32,299 nucleotides of DNA, from assembly GCA_049903315.1 (NCBI GenBank), contig JBNGBT010000016.1:1-32299 (forward strand), written 5' to 3'. Shown here piece by piece: positions 18,125 through 26,450 of this stretch. Positions within the stretch are counted from its first letter, which is position 1, and every line of letters begins with the position of its first letter. The DNA comes from Candidatus Cloacimonadota bacterium (lineage in GTDB: Bacteria > Cloacimonadota > Cloacimonadia > JGIOTU-2). The notes beneath the pieces were generated by a model. That model did no database searches and was not told where the DNA came from. It saw nothing but the letters and a program-made list of their open reading frames with translations. The translations under genes were made by a program, and so were the position numbers.

Positions 18125-21100
18125 ATGTTCAGAAAGATCGACGTGAAAGCAAAACCGGCTGAGTTTGAAAAGCCAATTCGCGATTACTGGAAGCAGCACA
18201 ACATTCCACAAAAAAGCGAAGATTTCCGCGATAGCGCACCGAAATTTATTTTTTACGAAGGGCCTCCTACCGCAAACGGCATGCCCGGTATTCATCACGC
18301 AATGAGCAGAACACTCAAGGATGTGGTATGTCGTTATAAAACCATGCAGGGCTTTCAGGTGCGCAGGAAAGCCGGGTGGGACACACACGGACTGCCAGTC
18401 GAGATAGAGGTGCAGAAACAACTTGGTTTTTCAGTTAAAAAAGAGATCGAGGAATACGGTATAGAGAAATTCAATAAGAAATGCAGGGAATCGGTCTTTA
18501 CGTATGAAAAAGAATGGCGGGAGATGACGAATCTCCTGGGCTATTGGCTCGATCTGGACGATCCTTATATCACCCTTACGAATGACTACATCGAAACTGT
18601 GTGGTGGATACTCAATCAATATTGGAAGAAGGATATGATCTATATTGATAAAAAGATCGTTCCCTTCTGTCCGAGCTGCGGCACCCCGCTTTCTGACCAT
18701 GAAGTGGCATTGGGTTATAGGGAAGTCGAGGATCCATCAGTATATATACGCTTCAAGGTCAAAAATGAGGAAAACACCTATTTTCTTGCGTGGACAACCA
18801 CACCCTGGACGCTTATATCAAACGTTGCACTCGTCGTTCATCCTGATCATGAGTATGTGAAAGTAAAGACCGGAGATGAATATCTTATATTAGCAAAAGC
18901 CCGGCTCGATGTCCTCAAAGAGAGCTATGAAATAGTTGAAAAGTACAAAGGCAGAGATCTCGAATACAAGGAATACGAACAGCTCTTCCCGTTTATCAAG
19001 CCCGAGGAAAAAGCATTCTATGTGGCGCTTGGAGATTATGTTACCCTTGAAGACGGGACGGGGATCGTGCACACGGCACCCGCATTTGGAGAAGAAGACT
19101 TTGCAATCGGCAAGGAGTACGATCTTCCCTTTATGCGACCGGTCGACGAAGAGGGCAAATTCACTGAAGAGATCACGGATTGGGCTGGCGAGTTCATCAA
19201 AGATGCGGACAAAGGCATTATAAAAGATCTCAATATGAGAGGAATGCTCTATAACCGCACACAGATCAAACACACCTATCCCTTCTGCTGGCGCTGCGAC
19301 AGCCCGCTTATCTATTTTGCACGCAAGTCCTGGTACATCAGAACAACCGCATACAACGATAAAATGATCGAGAATAATAAAAAGATCGCCTGGTATCCTT
19401 CCTATGTTGGGGAAGGCAGATTCGGAGATTGGCTTGAGAATAATAGAGATTGGGCGATAAGCAGAGACCGGTACTGGGGCACTCCGCTCAATATCTGGAT
19501 CTGTGAGAAGTGCGGACATCAATTTTCTCCTGATTCAATAAAAGAACTTCGGGAGAAGGGCACGCTTGCAGATGGCACACCCGTTCCGGACGACATCGAG
19601 CTTCACAGACCATATGTGGATGATGTCGTATTTACATGCCAGGAATGCAAGAGCACCATGCGCAGAACTCCAGAGGTTTTAGATTGCTGGTTTGATTCGG
19701 GATCAATGCCCTTCGGGCAATGGCACTATCCTTTTGAAAATGAGGATATCTTTGACAAGGAACTCTTCCCCGCAGACTTCATAGCAGAAGGTATTGATCA
19801 GACAAGAGGGTGGTTCTATACCATGCTGGCGATTTCAACTTTTATAAAAGGGGAGTCGTCATATAAGAGCTGCCTGGTGAACGAAATGGTTCTGGACAAA
19901 CACGGCAAAAAGATGAGTAAGTCCAAAGGAAATGCCGTTGATGTGTTTAAAATTTTGGAGAAATACGGCGCTGACGCCACCCGGTGGTATATGCTTTCTA
20001 CAAGTCCCCCGTGGCTTCCTACACGCTTTGACGAAGAGGGGGTGCTGGAAGTGAATAATAAATTCATCGGCACGCTGAAAAACGTGGCATCCTTCCTTGC
20101 AACCTATGGCAATATTGATAATTTTGAATATAAGGAATATTCTATAAAAATAGAGCAACGTCCCGAACTGGACAAGTGGATAATTTCCCGTTTGAATTCT
20201 GTGATAAAGAAAGTTCGAGAGTTCAATGAAAAATATGATCTCACCCGTGCTGTACGCCTGTTACAATCCTTTGTGATCAACGATGTGAGCAACTGGTATG
20301 TGCGCCGCATCCGAAAACGCGTGTGGGCATCCGGTATGGAAGATGATAAAATTGAAGCATATATGACCCTCTATGAAGTCTTACTGACGATCTCAAAATT
20401 ATGCGCTCCCTACACGCCGTATATTTCTGAGGAGATATATCAATCGCTGACTGATAAGGAAAGTGTGCATCTGGAAAATTATCCGGAATATGATGAAGAT
20501 TTGATGCTGCCGGAACTCGAGAATGAGATGCAAAATATAATCGACATTGTCTCTCTGGCACGTGCTGCAAGAAACGAAGTGCAGATAAAGATACGCCAGC
20601 CGTTGCGAACCCTCTTCGTCCCCGAAGAAATGAAAGATGTCGTTGAACGGATGAAACCTCTGATAATCGAAGAGATTAACATCCATGATATAGAATTTGT
20701 AAGAGATAACACTCGTTTTATGGATTACAGTGTTAAACCGGATTATAAAGTGCTGGGACCCACATACGGCAAACATATGTCACACATTGCGCAAGCGCTT
20801 CAAAATATGGGCGCAAACCACCTCATTGATGTCCTGAACAAAGATGGTGTCTATCATCTTGATGTTGATACTGTTGAGGTGAAGCTGACAAAAGAAAGTC
20901 TGCAAATCGATACTCAAAATAAAGAAGGTTTTGTGTATGGTGAAGATGCCGATGTTTTTGTTGCGCTGGACACCCGGATAGATGAAGAACTCCTGCTTGA
21001 AGGGAATGCCCGTGAGCTGGTGAACAAGATTCAGTTTATGAGAAAAGAAGAAGACTTCGATATTATGGACAGGATAATTATTTCTTTCTTTACTGAATCC

Positions 21101-21253
21101 GATGATATCAAGGAAACCTTCGAGAAGTTTACCAACTATATCAGAAAAGAAACCCTGGCACTTGAAATTGTTGAAGTAGAAAGCTCAGAAAACTTGAAAA
21201 GCTGGGACGTGAATGGAAAAGAGGTCTTCCTTCAGGTAAGAACTAAAAAATAA
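18125..21253 (+). CDS. ileS: Isoleucine--tRNA ligase, type 2 (IleRS2)
   Basis: 'EGPPTANGMPGIHH', 'GWDTHGLP', 'WTTTPWTL', 'DWAISRDRYWG', 'EGIDQTRGWF' and 'KMSKS'. It is 1042 aa with an IleRS2-type C-terminus lacking the type-1 zinc finger. Confidence 0.98.
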   Translation: MFRKIDVKAKPAEFEKPIRDYWKQHNIPQKSEDFRDSAPKFIFYEGPPTANGMPGIHHAMSRTLKDVVCRYKTMQGFQVRRKAGWDTHGLPVEIEVQKQLGFSVKKEIEEYGIEKFNKKCRESVFTYEKEWREMTNLLGYWLDLDDPYITLTNDYIETVWWILNQYWKKDMIYIDKKIVPFCPSCGTPLSDHEVALGYREVEDPSVYIRFKVKNEENTYFLAWTTTPWTLISNVALVVHPDHEYVKVKTGDEYLILAKARLDVLKESYEIVEKYKGRDLEYKEYEQLFPFIKPEEKAFYVALGDYVTLEDGTGIVHTAPAFGEEDFAIGKEYDLPFMRPVDEEGKFTEEITDWAGEFIKDADKGIIKDLNMRGMLYNRTQIKHTYPFCWRCDSPLIYFARKSWYIRTTAYNDKMIENNKKIAWYPSYVGEGRFGDWLENNRDWAISRDRYWGTPLNIWICEKCGHQFSPDSIKELREKGTLADGTPVPDDIELHRPYVDDVVFTCQECKSTMRRTPEVLDCWFDSGSMPFGQWHYPFENEDIFDKELFPADFIAEGIDQTRGWFYTMLAISTFIKGESSYKSCLVNEMVLDKHGKKMSKSKGNAVDVFKILEKYGADATRWYMLSTSPPWLPTRFDEEGVLEVNNKFIGTLKNVASFLATYGNIDNFEYKEYSIKIEQRPELDKWIISRLNSVIKKVREFNEKYDLTRAVRLLQSFVINDVSNWYVRRIRKRVWASGMEDDKIEAYMTLYEVLLTISKLCAPYTPYISEEIYQSLTDKESVHLENYPEYDEDLMLPELENEMQNIIDIVSLARAARNEVQIKIRQPLRTLFVPEEMKDVVERMKPLIIEEINIHDIEFVRDNTRFMDYSVKPDYKVLGPTYGKHMSHIAQALQNMGANHLIDVLNKDGVYHLDVDTVEVKLTKESLQIDTQNKEGFVYGEDADVFVALDTRIDEELLLEGNARELVNKIQFMRKEEDFDIMDRIIISFFTESDDIKETFEKFTNYIRKETLALEIVEVESSENLKSWDVNGKEVFLQVRTKK

Positions 21254-21276
21254 AAAAATCTGAAATTATTGAGGGC

Positions 21277-21307
21277 GGGGAGTGCTTTGCGGCGCTCCCC
21301 TTTTTTT
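21277..21307 (+). terminator. Intrinsic terminator of ileS
   Basis: GGGGAGTGC-TTTGCG-GCGCTCCCC hairpin followed by T7. Confidence 0.85.
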
Positions 21308-21317
21308 GTTTATAGCT

Positions 21318-21386
21318 CACAGATCAACACTGATGGTATTTTAACAATGATAATTTGTTCTCAGTGTACTCTGTGTTCTCTGTGGT
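21318..21386. repeat. Short imperfect inverted repeat with 9-nt periodic units (CTCTGTG)
   Basis: CACAGATCAACACTGA (21318-21333) is complementary to TCAGTGTACTCTGTG (21361-21375). The right arm continues as TTCTCTGTGGT. Confidence 0.5.
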
Positions 21387-21396
21387 TATAAATCCA

Positions 21397-22158
21397 TTAC
21401 AACTCGATCTCTATCCCGACAGGGCAGTGATCCGAACCCATAACATTCGGGAGAATGAATGCATCCTTCAGGCTTGGGCGAAGCATTTTCGAGATAAGAA
21501 AATAATCGATCCTCCACCCCACATTATTTGCACGGGCATTGAACATATAACTCCACCACGAATAATTTCCACCATCCTGATTGAATTCACGAAAGGTATC
21601 TATAAAACCCGCATCAATAATGCGAGTGAAATCTTCACGCTCTTCGTCAGTGAAACCAGCATTATGACGATTGTCTTTTGGACGAGCCAGATCTATCTCT
21701 TTGTGGGCAACATTAAGGTCTCCGCAAAAAATAACGGGCTTGGACGCTTCCAGATTTTTCATATACGCAAGGAAATCTTTATCCCACACCTGGCGATATT
21801 CAAGCCGCGTGAGACCCCTTTGAGAATTTGGAGTGTACACATTCACAAGGAAAAAATTTTCGTATTCAAGAGCGATTACGCGCCCTTCATTATCATGCAT
21901 GATGATTCCCATGTCATTATAAGCATTGAGGGGCTTAGCTTTAGTGAAAATTGCTGTTCCGGCATAGCCTTTCTTCAGGGCATAATTCCAAAAGTCATGG
22001 TATTCGGAGAAATTCAATTCAACCTGACCGGCTTGTAATTTTATTTCCTGAATGCAAAGGATATCGGGTTCCTCATCTTGAAGGAAATTATCAAATCCTT
22101 TTTTTAGAACAGCACGAAGCCCATTTACGTTCCAGGAGATTATTTTATATTTCTTCAT
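21397..22158 (-). CDS. xth: Exodeoxyribonuclease III (AP endonuclease)
   Basis: 'SWNVNGLRA', 'QEIK', 'YTPNS', 'GDLNVAH', 'GWRIDY' and 'GSDHCP'. Confidence 0.97.
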   Translation of the reverse strand: MKKYKIISWNVNGLRAVLKKGFDNFLQDEEPDILCIQEIKLQAGQVELNFSEYHDFWNYALKKGYAGTAIFTKAKPLNAYNDMGIIMHDNEGRVIALEYENFFLVNVYTPNSQRGLTRLEYRQVWDKDFLAYMKNLEASKPVIFCGDLNVAHKEIDLARPKDNRHNAGFTDEEREDFTRIIDAGFIDTFREFNQDGGNYSWWSYMFNARANNVGWRIDYFLISKMLRPSLKDAFILPNVMGSDHCPVGIEIEL

Positions 22159-24509
22159 AAACGTTCCTGTTCGAGTTCAATGATTTTTTCACACATAAGC
22201 GCTGCGCTGTAAAGAGCATATTTTTTCTTTGATATGTTGAGCTGGGTATAGCAGACAACGCTGTATGTCCACTCAAGAAGCGCGATAAGATAAGGGGTGA
22301 TATCTGTCTCAAAAAGGGTCACCACATTTGCATACTCCCGCAGCTTACAGATCATTTTGTAGGCTTTTTCTACCATGGGATCTTCACCATGATATATAAA
22401 TGGGGGGATCTGCCCAAGCTGGCTCGGCTGCAATAAACCCAGCTCAAACTCGAGCATTTGTGTGAGATCTTTCTCAGTATTGATGCCACACATCTCGATC
22501 TTAAAGATCGGTTCAAGTCGTGCGAAATCAGCAATTATGCTGCGAGGTTTTGTTTCTGAGAAGTCAATGATATAAATATTCTCTTTTTCATCCAGAAGAA
22601 TGTTTTGCATATTCAGATCGCCATGCGTGACAGCCTTATACCAGAGTTTTGATTGTTCTTTACGTCGGGGATATTCATGTTTGAGAAAATAGAAAGGGTT
22701 GATAATTTCTCTATCCAATTCATCGCATTGGAGTTTTTCAGTATCAGGAGAAATACCGAGTTCTCGCTCAAGGCATTCATAAAGATTGGTGAAGAGAGCC
22801 AGGGGAGAATGCTCGATATAAGGATGAATATGCTCCCAGTGCGGCTGTCCATACCAGGGCTTGAGGATGTCGGTAAAAATCCGGTCAAAAAGCGGGATAA
22901 GTTTTTCTGCAGGATATTTTTTATAATAATCTGTCAACCACACGAGCGTGCTGTCCGATCCATTAATGCCAAGAAAATTATAGCGCAGCCCGCCCCAGTT
23001 CTTGTAGGTTGTCGTTCCCATGATAGTGGTGCTGTTGTTGAGTATAAATTTCTTCACATATTTATGATATGCATTCACCTCGTTGTCATTGTTCTTGATC
23101 GACCCTATCTTTAAAACAGTTGGCAGGAGCCGCCGACCGTCTTTGTCATAACTGGTTACATTAAATGTAGTTGAGGTGAAACCTCCATGTAAGGGATTAA
23201 GAATAACCTTCCCGCAGTCAGCATAGATCCTCCGAATTATCGTGTCCCATTCAGAATTATATGAAATTTCTCCGCTGGTTTCAATAGTAAGTTGCTTTTC
23301 TTCTGCCGGACGAAGTGCTGAAGGAAGAAATATCCACGATCTTGAATTTGAGATCTCAGTTTTTGGTTCGACATGCACGACATCTTTCACGCATTCTGAC
23401 TTTGTGATTTGCGAGATAAGCATATCCATATACTGGATATCCACAGAAAAGTCATTATTCAATAAAAACGCATGTGCATAGATATTTAAAGAACTTGAGA
23501 TAAGAGAAAAATTCTTAAACTGATTTCTTAATCTTTCGTCTTTTGTCAGCATATCAGCATCGTAATGAATGCCGACAATAAGAGCTTTTTTGCTTGTTCC
23601 GGCTGTGCATTCAGTAAAATTGAGAGGAGCAAGGTCTTTCTCTTTTTCTAATTTTGAGGTATGGAGTGTTTCGGTTTCTGCTAATATAATAAAACCCCAC
23701 GCAGGCGGGATAGCGTCTAATTTCGACTCAAAAAAAGAATGAAAGTTTTCAAGGAGTTTTTCCAGTGTGACGAGATCGCGCCCGTCCTGTTTTATCATTA
23801 TAGAAGGTTCGCCTGAAAAACTAAATGCTTGAGCAAGATACATTTGAACTTCGACAGGAGTGCCAGTAAAAAGAAAGTCGGGTCTGCAATAACCATCAGC
23901 CGGAGAAACACCAGCAGCACCCTTCAATGAGACGAACAAGCCCAAGCCCTCTTGCGCCTGAGCAGAAGAATTGCCGAATCCACCCAGCCCAAAAGAGATC
24001 CCGAGTTCACTCAGATTGGTAGGCATAAGCGTACTTTTATCAAAGCTTTTCGCAGAAAGCTTCTTTGCATTATTCCAAATATCAATCATAGAATTTGGTT
24101 CAAGTTTACCAGTACAACTATATGTGCATCCTGTCACCGCAAACTCTTCTTTGTGCCCAGCCCCTTGTTTCAAATGTCCAATATGTGCCAAAGCATCTTC
24201 CTGATGGGGTACAACAGTGAAGTGTTCTGAGAGTCCAGTAAGCTGTAGAACCTTCGCCACTTCTTGGTCCATGCCAAATAGAACAAGCTTGCCGCCTTTT
24301 TTTCGGAGGTCTTTTTCCTTTTTAAGCAATGCCCTGATTCCAGCACTGGACATATAGTCGACATTCCGAAAATCAACGATCCAGTGAGAGGAATCAGGAT
24401 AGAGATTGTGTGTGTCTTTTTCAAAAAGATCTGCACCGAAACCGTCGAGACGTCCTTTAAGAACAAGGCATGGAATTTCTTGATATGATTGAACGTTAAT
24501 TTCGAACAT
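22155..24509 (-). CDS. STAS (anti-sigma-factor antagonist) domain, unknown central domain and APH/kinase-like phosphotransferase domain fusion
   Basis: N-terminal 'GRLDG...DFRNVDYMSSAGIRALL'. C-terminal 'HGGFTS', 'VLKIG', 'HGDLNMQNIL' and 'IIDF'. Confidence 0.85.
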   Translation of the reverse strand: MFEINVQSYQEIPCLVLKGRLDGFGADLFEKDTHNLYPDSSHWIVDFRNVDYMSSAGIRALLKKEKDLRKKGGKLVLFGMDQEVAKVLQLTGLSEHFTVVPHQEDALAHIGHLKQGAGHKEEFAVTGCTYSCTGKLEPNSMIDIWNNAKKLSAKSFDKSTLMPTNLSELGISFGLGGFGNSSAQAQEGLGLFVSLKGAAGVSPADGYCRPDFLFTGTPVEVQMYLAQAFSFSGEPSIMIKQDGRDLVTLEKLLENFHSFFESKLDAIPPAWGFIILAETETLHTSKLEKEKDLAPLNFTECTAGTSKKALIVGIHYDADMLTKDERLRNQFKNFSLISSSLNIYAHAFLLNNDFSVDIQYMDMLISQITKSECVKDVVHVEPKTEISNSRSWIFLPSALRPAEEKQLTIETSGEISYNSEWDTIIRRIYADCGKVILNPLHGGFTSTTFNVTSYDKDGRRLLPTVLKIGSIKNNDNEVNAYHKYVKKFILNNSTTIMGTTTYKNWGGLRYNFLGINGSDSTLVWLTDYYKKYPAEKLIPLFDRIFTDILKPWYGQPHWEHIHPYIEHSPLALFTNLYECLERELGISPDTEKLQCDELDREIINPFYFLKHEYPRRKEQSKLWYKAVTHGDLNMQNILLDEKENIYIIDFSETKPRSIIADFARLEPIFKIEMCGINTEKDLTQMLEFELGLLQPSQLGQIPPFIYHGEDPMVEKAYKMICKLREYANVVTLFETDITPYLIALLEWTYSVVCYTQLNISKKKYALYSAALMCEKIIELEQERL

Positions 24510-24536
24510 TAGTACCCCTCTGCAAAGCGTAAAAGA

Positions 24537-25568
24537 TTACTTATTTTTCAAAACAAATTTCTCAATAGCTGAACGTTCCTGGGGAGTTGTCATTATGATG
24601 AGAGAAGTTCCCTTTGCTATTGTGGTTGTATCATTTGGACTATATATCCATCCAATTTTTGTGCGGACGGCAAGGAGGAGAGTATTTTTATATTGCTTCA
24701 AATTTAAATCTTTTAACTGCTTACCCTCAAATGAATCAAGGAGAGGAGTTTCTTCAATGCGAAGATTTTTATTCGTATCCCGCAGCATCGTATCAAGAAA
24801 GGTGACTACTGTCGGTCGGATCATTTCAGAAGCCATTCTCAATCCGCCGATCAACGTAGGAGAAACAACAGCAGTAGCACCAGCCCTCCTCATCTTCTCT
24901 GCATTCATATTGTTATGGCAGCTTGCCACGACCTTTATATTCGGATTGATCTGCCGTGCAGAAAGACTGATAACAAGATTCTTATTGTCATCGTCCATTG
25001 CAGCAAAGAGCCCAAGCGCTTTTTCAATACCTGCTTTTTTCAGCACAGTATCATCGATCGGATCACCTTCAACATAAACCTGCTCAGGGAAGCGTTCTTC
25101 AAGACGCGAAATACGCTCTGGATCTGGAGTTACTACAACACTGTTTCTGCCAGTTGCGTATAGTTCGTTAATAATATGGAGACCAACCTGTCCCACACCG
25201 CATACAATATAATGATCTTTCAGACGTTCGATCTTTTTTTCCATTTTTCTTCTCCTGAAGGTGGCTTTTAATTCCCCTTCGACCGTAAACGAGGTTATCG
25301 TTGAAATCACATAGGTGAGAATACCGACACCAGTAAAGGCAATGATCATTGTGAAGATCCTACCGAAGTTGTTTCCGGACAGATCAATAATTTCAGAATA
25401 TCCGATAGTAGAAATAGTGACAACTGTCATATACAGGCAATCGAGCATAGAATATGAATCGCCAGCAATAACCCAATACACTGCCGTTGCACCAAATACA
25501 ACTATGAGGAGCGCAGTTCCTGCAAGGAGGAATTTTTTAAGAAGCTTTGAGGTTATATATCCTTTCAT
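24537..25568 (-). CDS. Potassium channel protein (2TM pore with RCK/TrkA-N and TrkA-C domains)
   Basis: Pore motif 'TVVTISTIGYS' between two TM helices and Rossmann motif 'HYIVCGVGQVG'. Confidence 0.92.
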   Translation of the reverse strand: MKGYITSKLLKKFLLAGTALLIVVFGATAVYWVIAGDSYSMLDCLYMTVVTISTIGYSEIIDLSGNNFGRIFTMIIAFTGVGILTYVISTITSFTVEGELKATFRRRKMEKKIERLKDHYIVCGVGQVGLHIINELYATGRNSVVVTPDPERISRLEERFPEQVYVEGDPIDDTVLKKAGIEKALGLFAAMDDDNKNLVISLSARQINPNIKVVASCHNNMNAEKMRRAGATAVVSPTLIGGLRMASEMIRPTVVTFLDTMLRDTNKNLRIEETPLLDSFEGKQLKDLNLKQYKNTLLLAVRTKIGWIYSPNDTTTIAKGTSLIIMTTPQERSAIEKFVLKNK

Positions 25569-25700
25569 ATAGGCAAACTCACGTATGGTTATTAGCTCTT
25601 GAACGAAGATAGGATGTCAATAATTAAATGAAATCCCTCATCTATTTATGACACAGAATAATTGACAGAAATTACTTCTCCCGAGAAATGAAGTGACGCT

Positions 25701-25777
25701 GCGCCCGTAGTTCAACTGGATAGAGCAACGGACTTCGGATCCGTGAGTTGGGGGTTCGACTCCCTCCGGGCGTGCCA
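25701..25777 (+). tRNA. tRNA-Arg (anticodon TCG)
   Basis: GCGCCCG/CGGGCGT acceptor stem, anticodon arm ACGGA-CTTCGGA-TCCGT, TTCGACT T-loop and encoded CCA. TTGACA lies upstream at 25662-25667. Confidence 0.95.
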
Positions 25778-25794
25778 AATTTTTTAATAGCTAT

Positions 25795-26445
25795 ATGAAG
25801 AAAAAAGGTCTTTTTATTACGTTTGAAGGTATAGAAGGTTGCGGGAAAAGCACCCAGGCAAGGCTTCTAACGGAATCGCTCCGCGTGCGCGGATATGAGG
25901 TTCTTCTCACAAGAGAACCTGGCGGACCACGGATTTCCGAAGAAATCAGAACAATCCTTCTCAATAAAGAATTTACTGAGATGAACAGACTCACTGAGGT
26001 ATTTCTCTATATGGCAAGCAGGGCTCAGCACACACTTGAATGGATAATTCCCACACTCGAAAAAGGGCAGATCGTCATATGCGACAGGTATTATGATTCC
26101 ACTTATGCCTACCAGGGAGCAGCCAGAGAAATACCCGACTATGAAATTGAAACAATAAATACTATTGCTACTACTGGACTAAAACCGGATGTGACATATA
26201 TTATTGATGTCCCCGTCGAGATAGGTCTTGAGAGGTTACATAAAGGAACAAAAGCCGAGGACATTGATCGTCTTGAAAGCGAAAATTTTGATTTTCACAG
26301 AAGGGTCAGAGCTGGCTACCTTAAATTGGCAGAAAAAGAACCATATCGAATAATTGTCATAGACGGGACAAAAAATATTGAAGAAATTCATCAGGATATA
26401 ATGAAAAATATTAAACAAAGATACGAAGATTTATCAGGGGAGTAA
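25795..26445 (+). CDS. tmk: Thymidylate kinase
   Basis: '[15 protein letters not shown]', 'TREPGG' and '[13 protein letters not shown]'. Confidence 0.97.
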   Translation: MKKKGLFITFEGIEGCGKSTQARLLTESLRVRGYEVLLTREPGGPRISEEIRTILLNKEFTEMNRLTEVFLYMASRAQHTLEWIIPTLEKGQIVICDRYYDSTYAYQGAAREIPDYEIETINTIATTGLKPDVTYIIDVPVEIGLERLHKGTKAEDIDRLESENFDFHRRVRAGYLKLAEKEPYRIIVIDGTKNIEEIHQDIMKNIKQRYEDLSGE

Positions 26446-26450
26446 AAAAA

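Larger units (their letters stand above)
17932..18179 (+). repeat. Direct repeat copy 2 (functional ileS promoter, leader and 5' end)
   Basis: ~95% identical to 16333-16580. Confidence 0.97.

Noticed and set aside
21355..22038. 227-aa plus-strand ORF
   Set aside because: It is an antisense shadow of xth, and its N-terminus is simply the translated CTCTGTG repeat.
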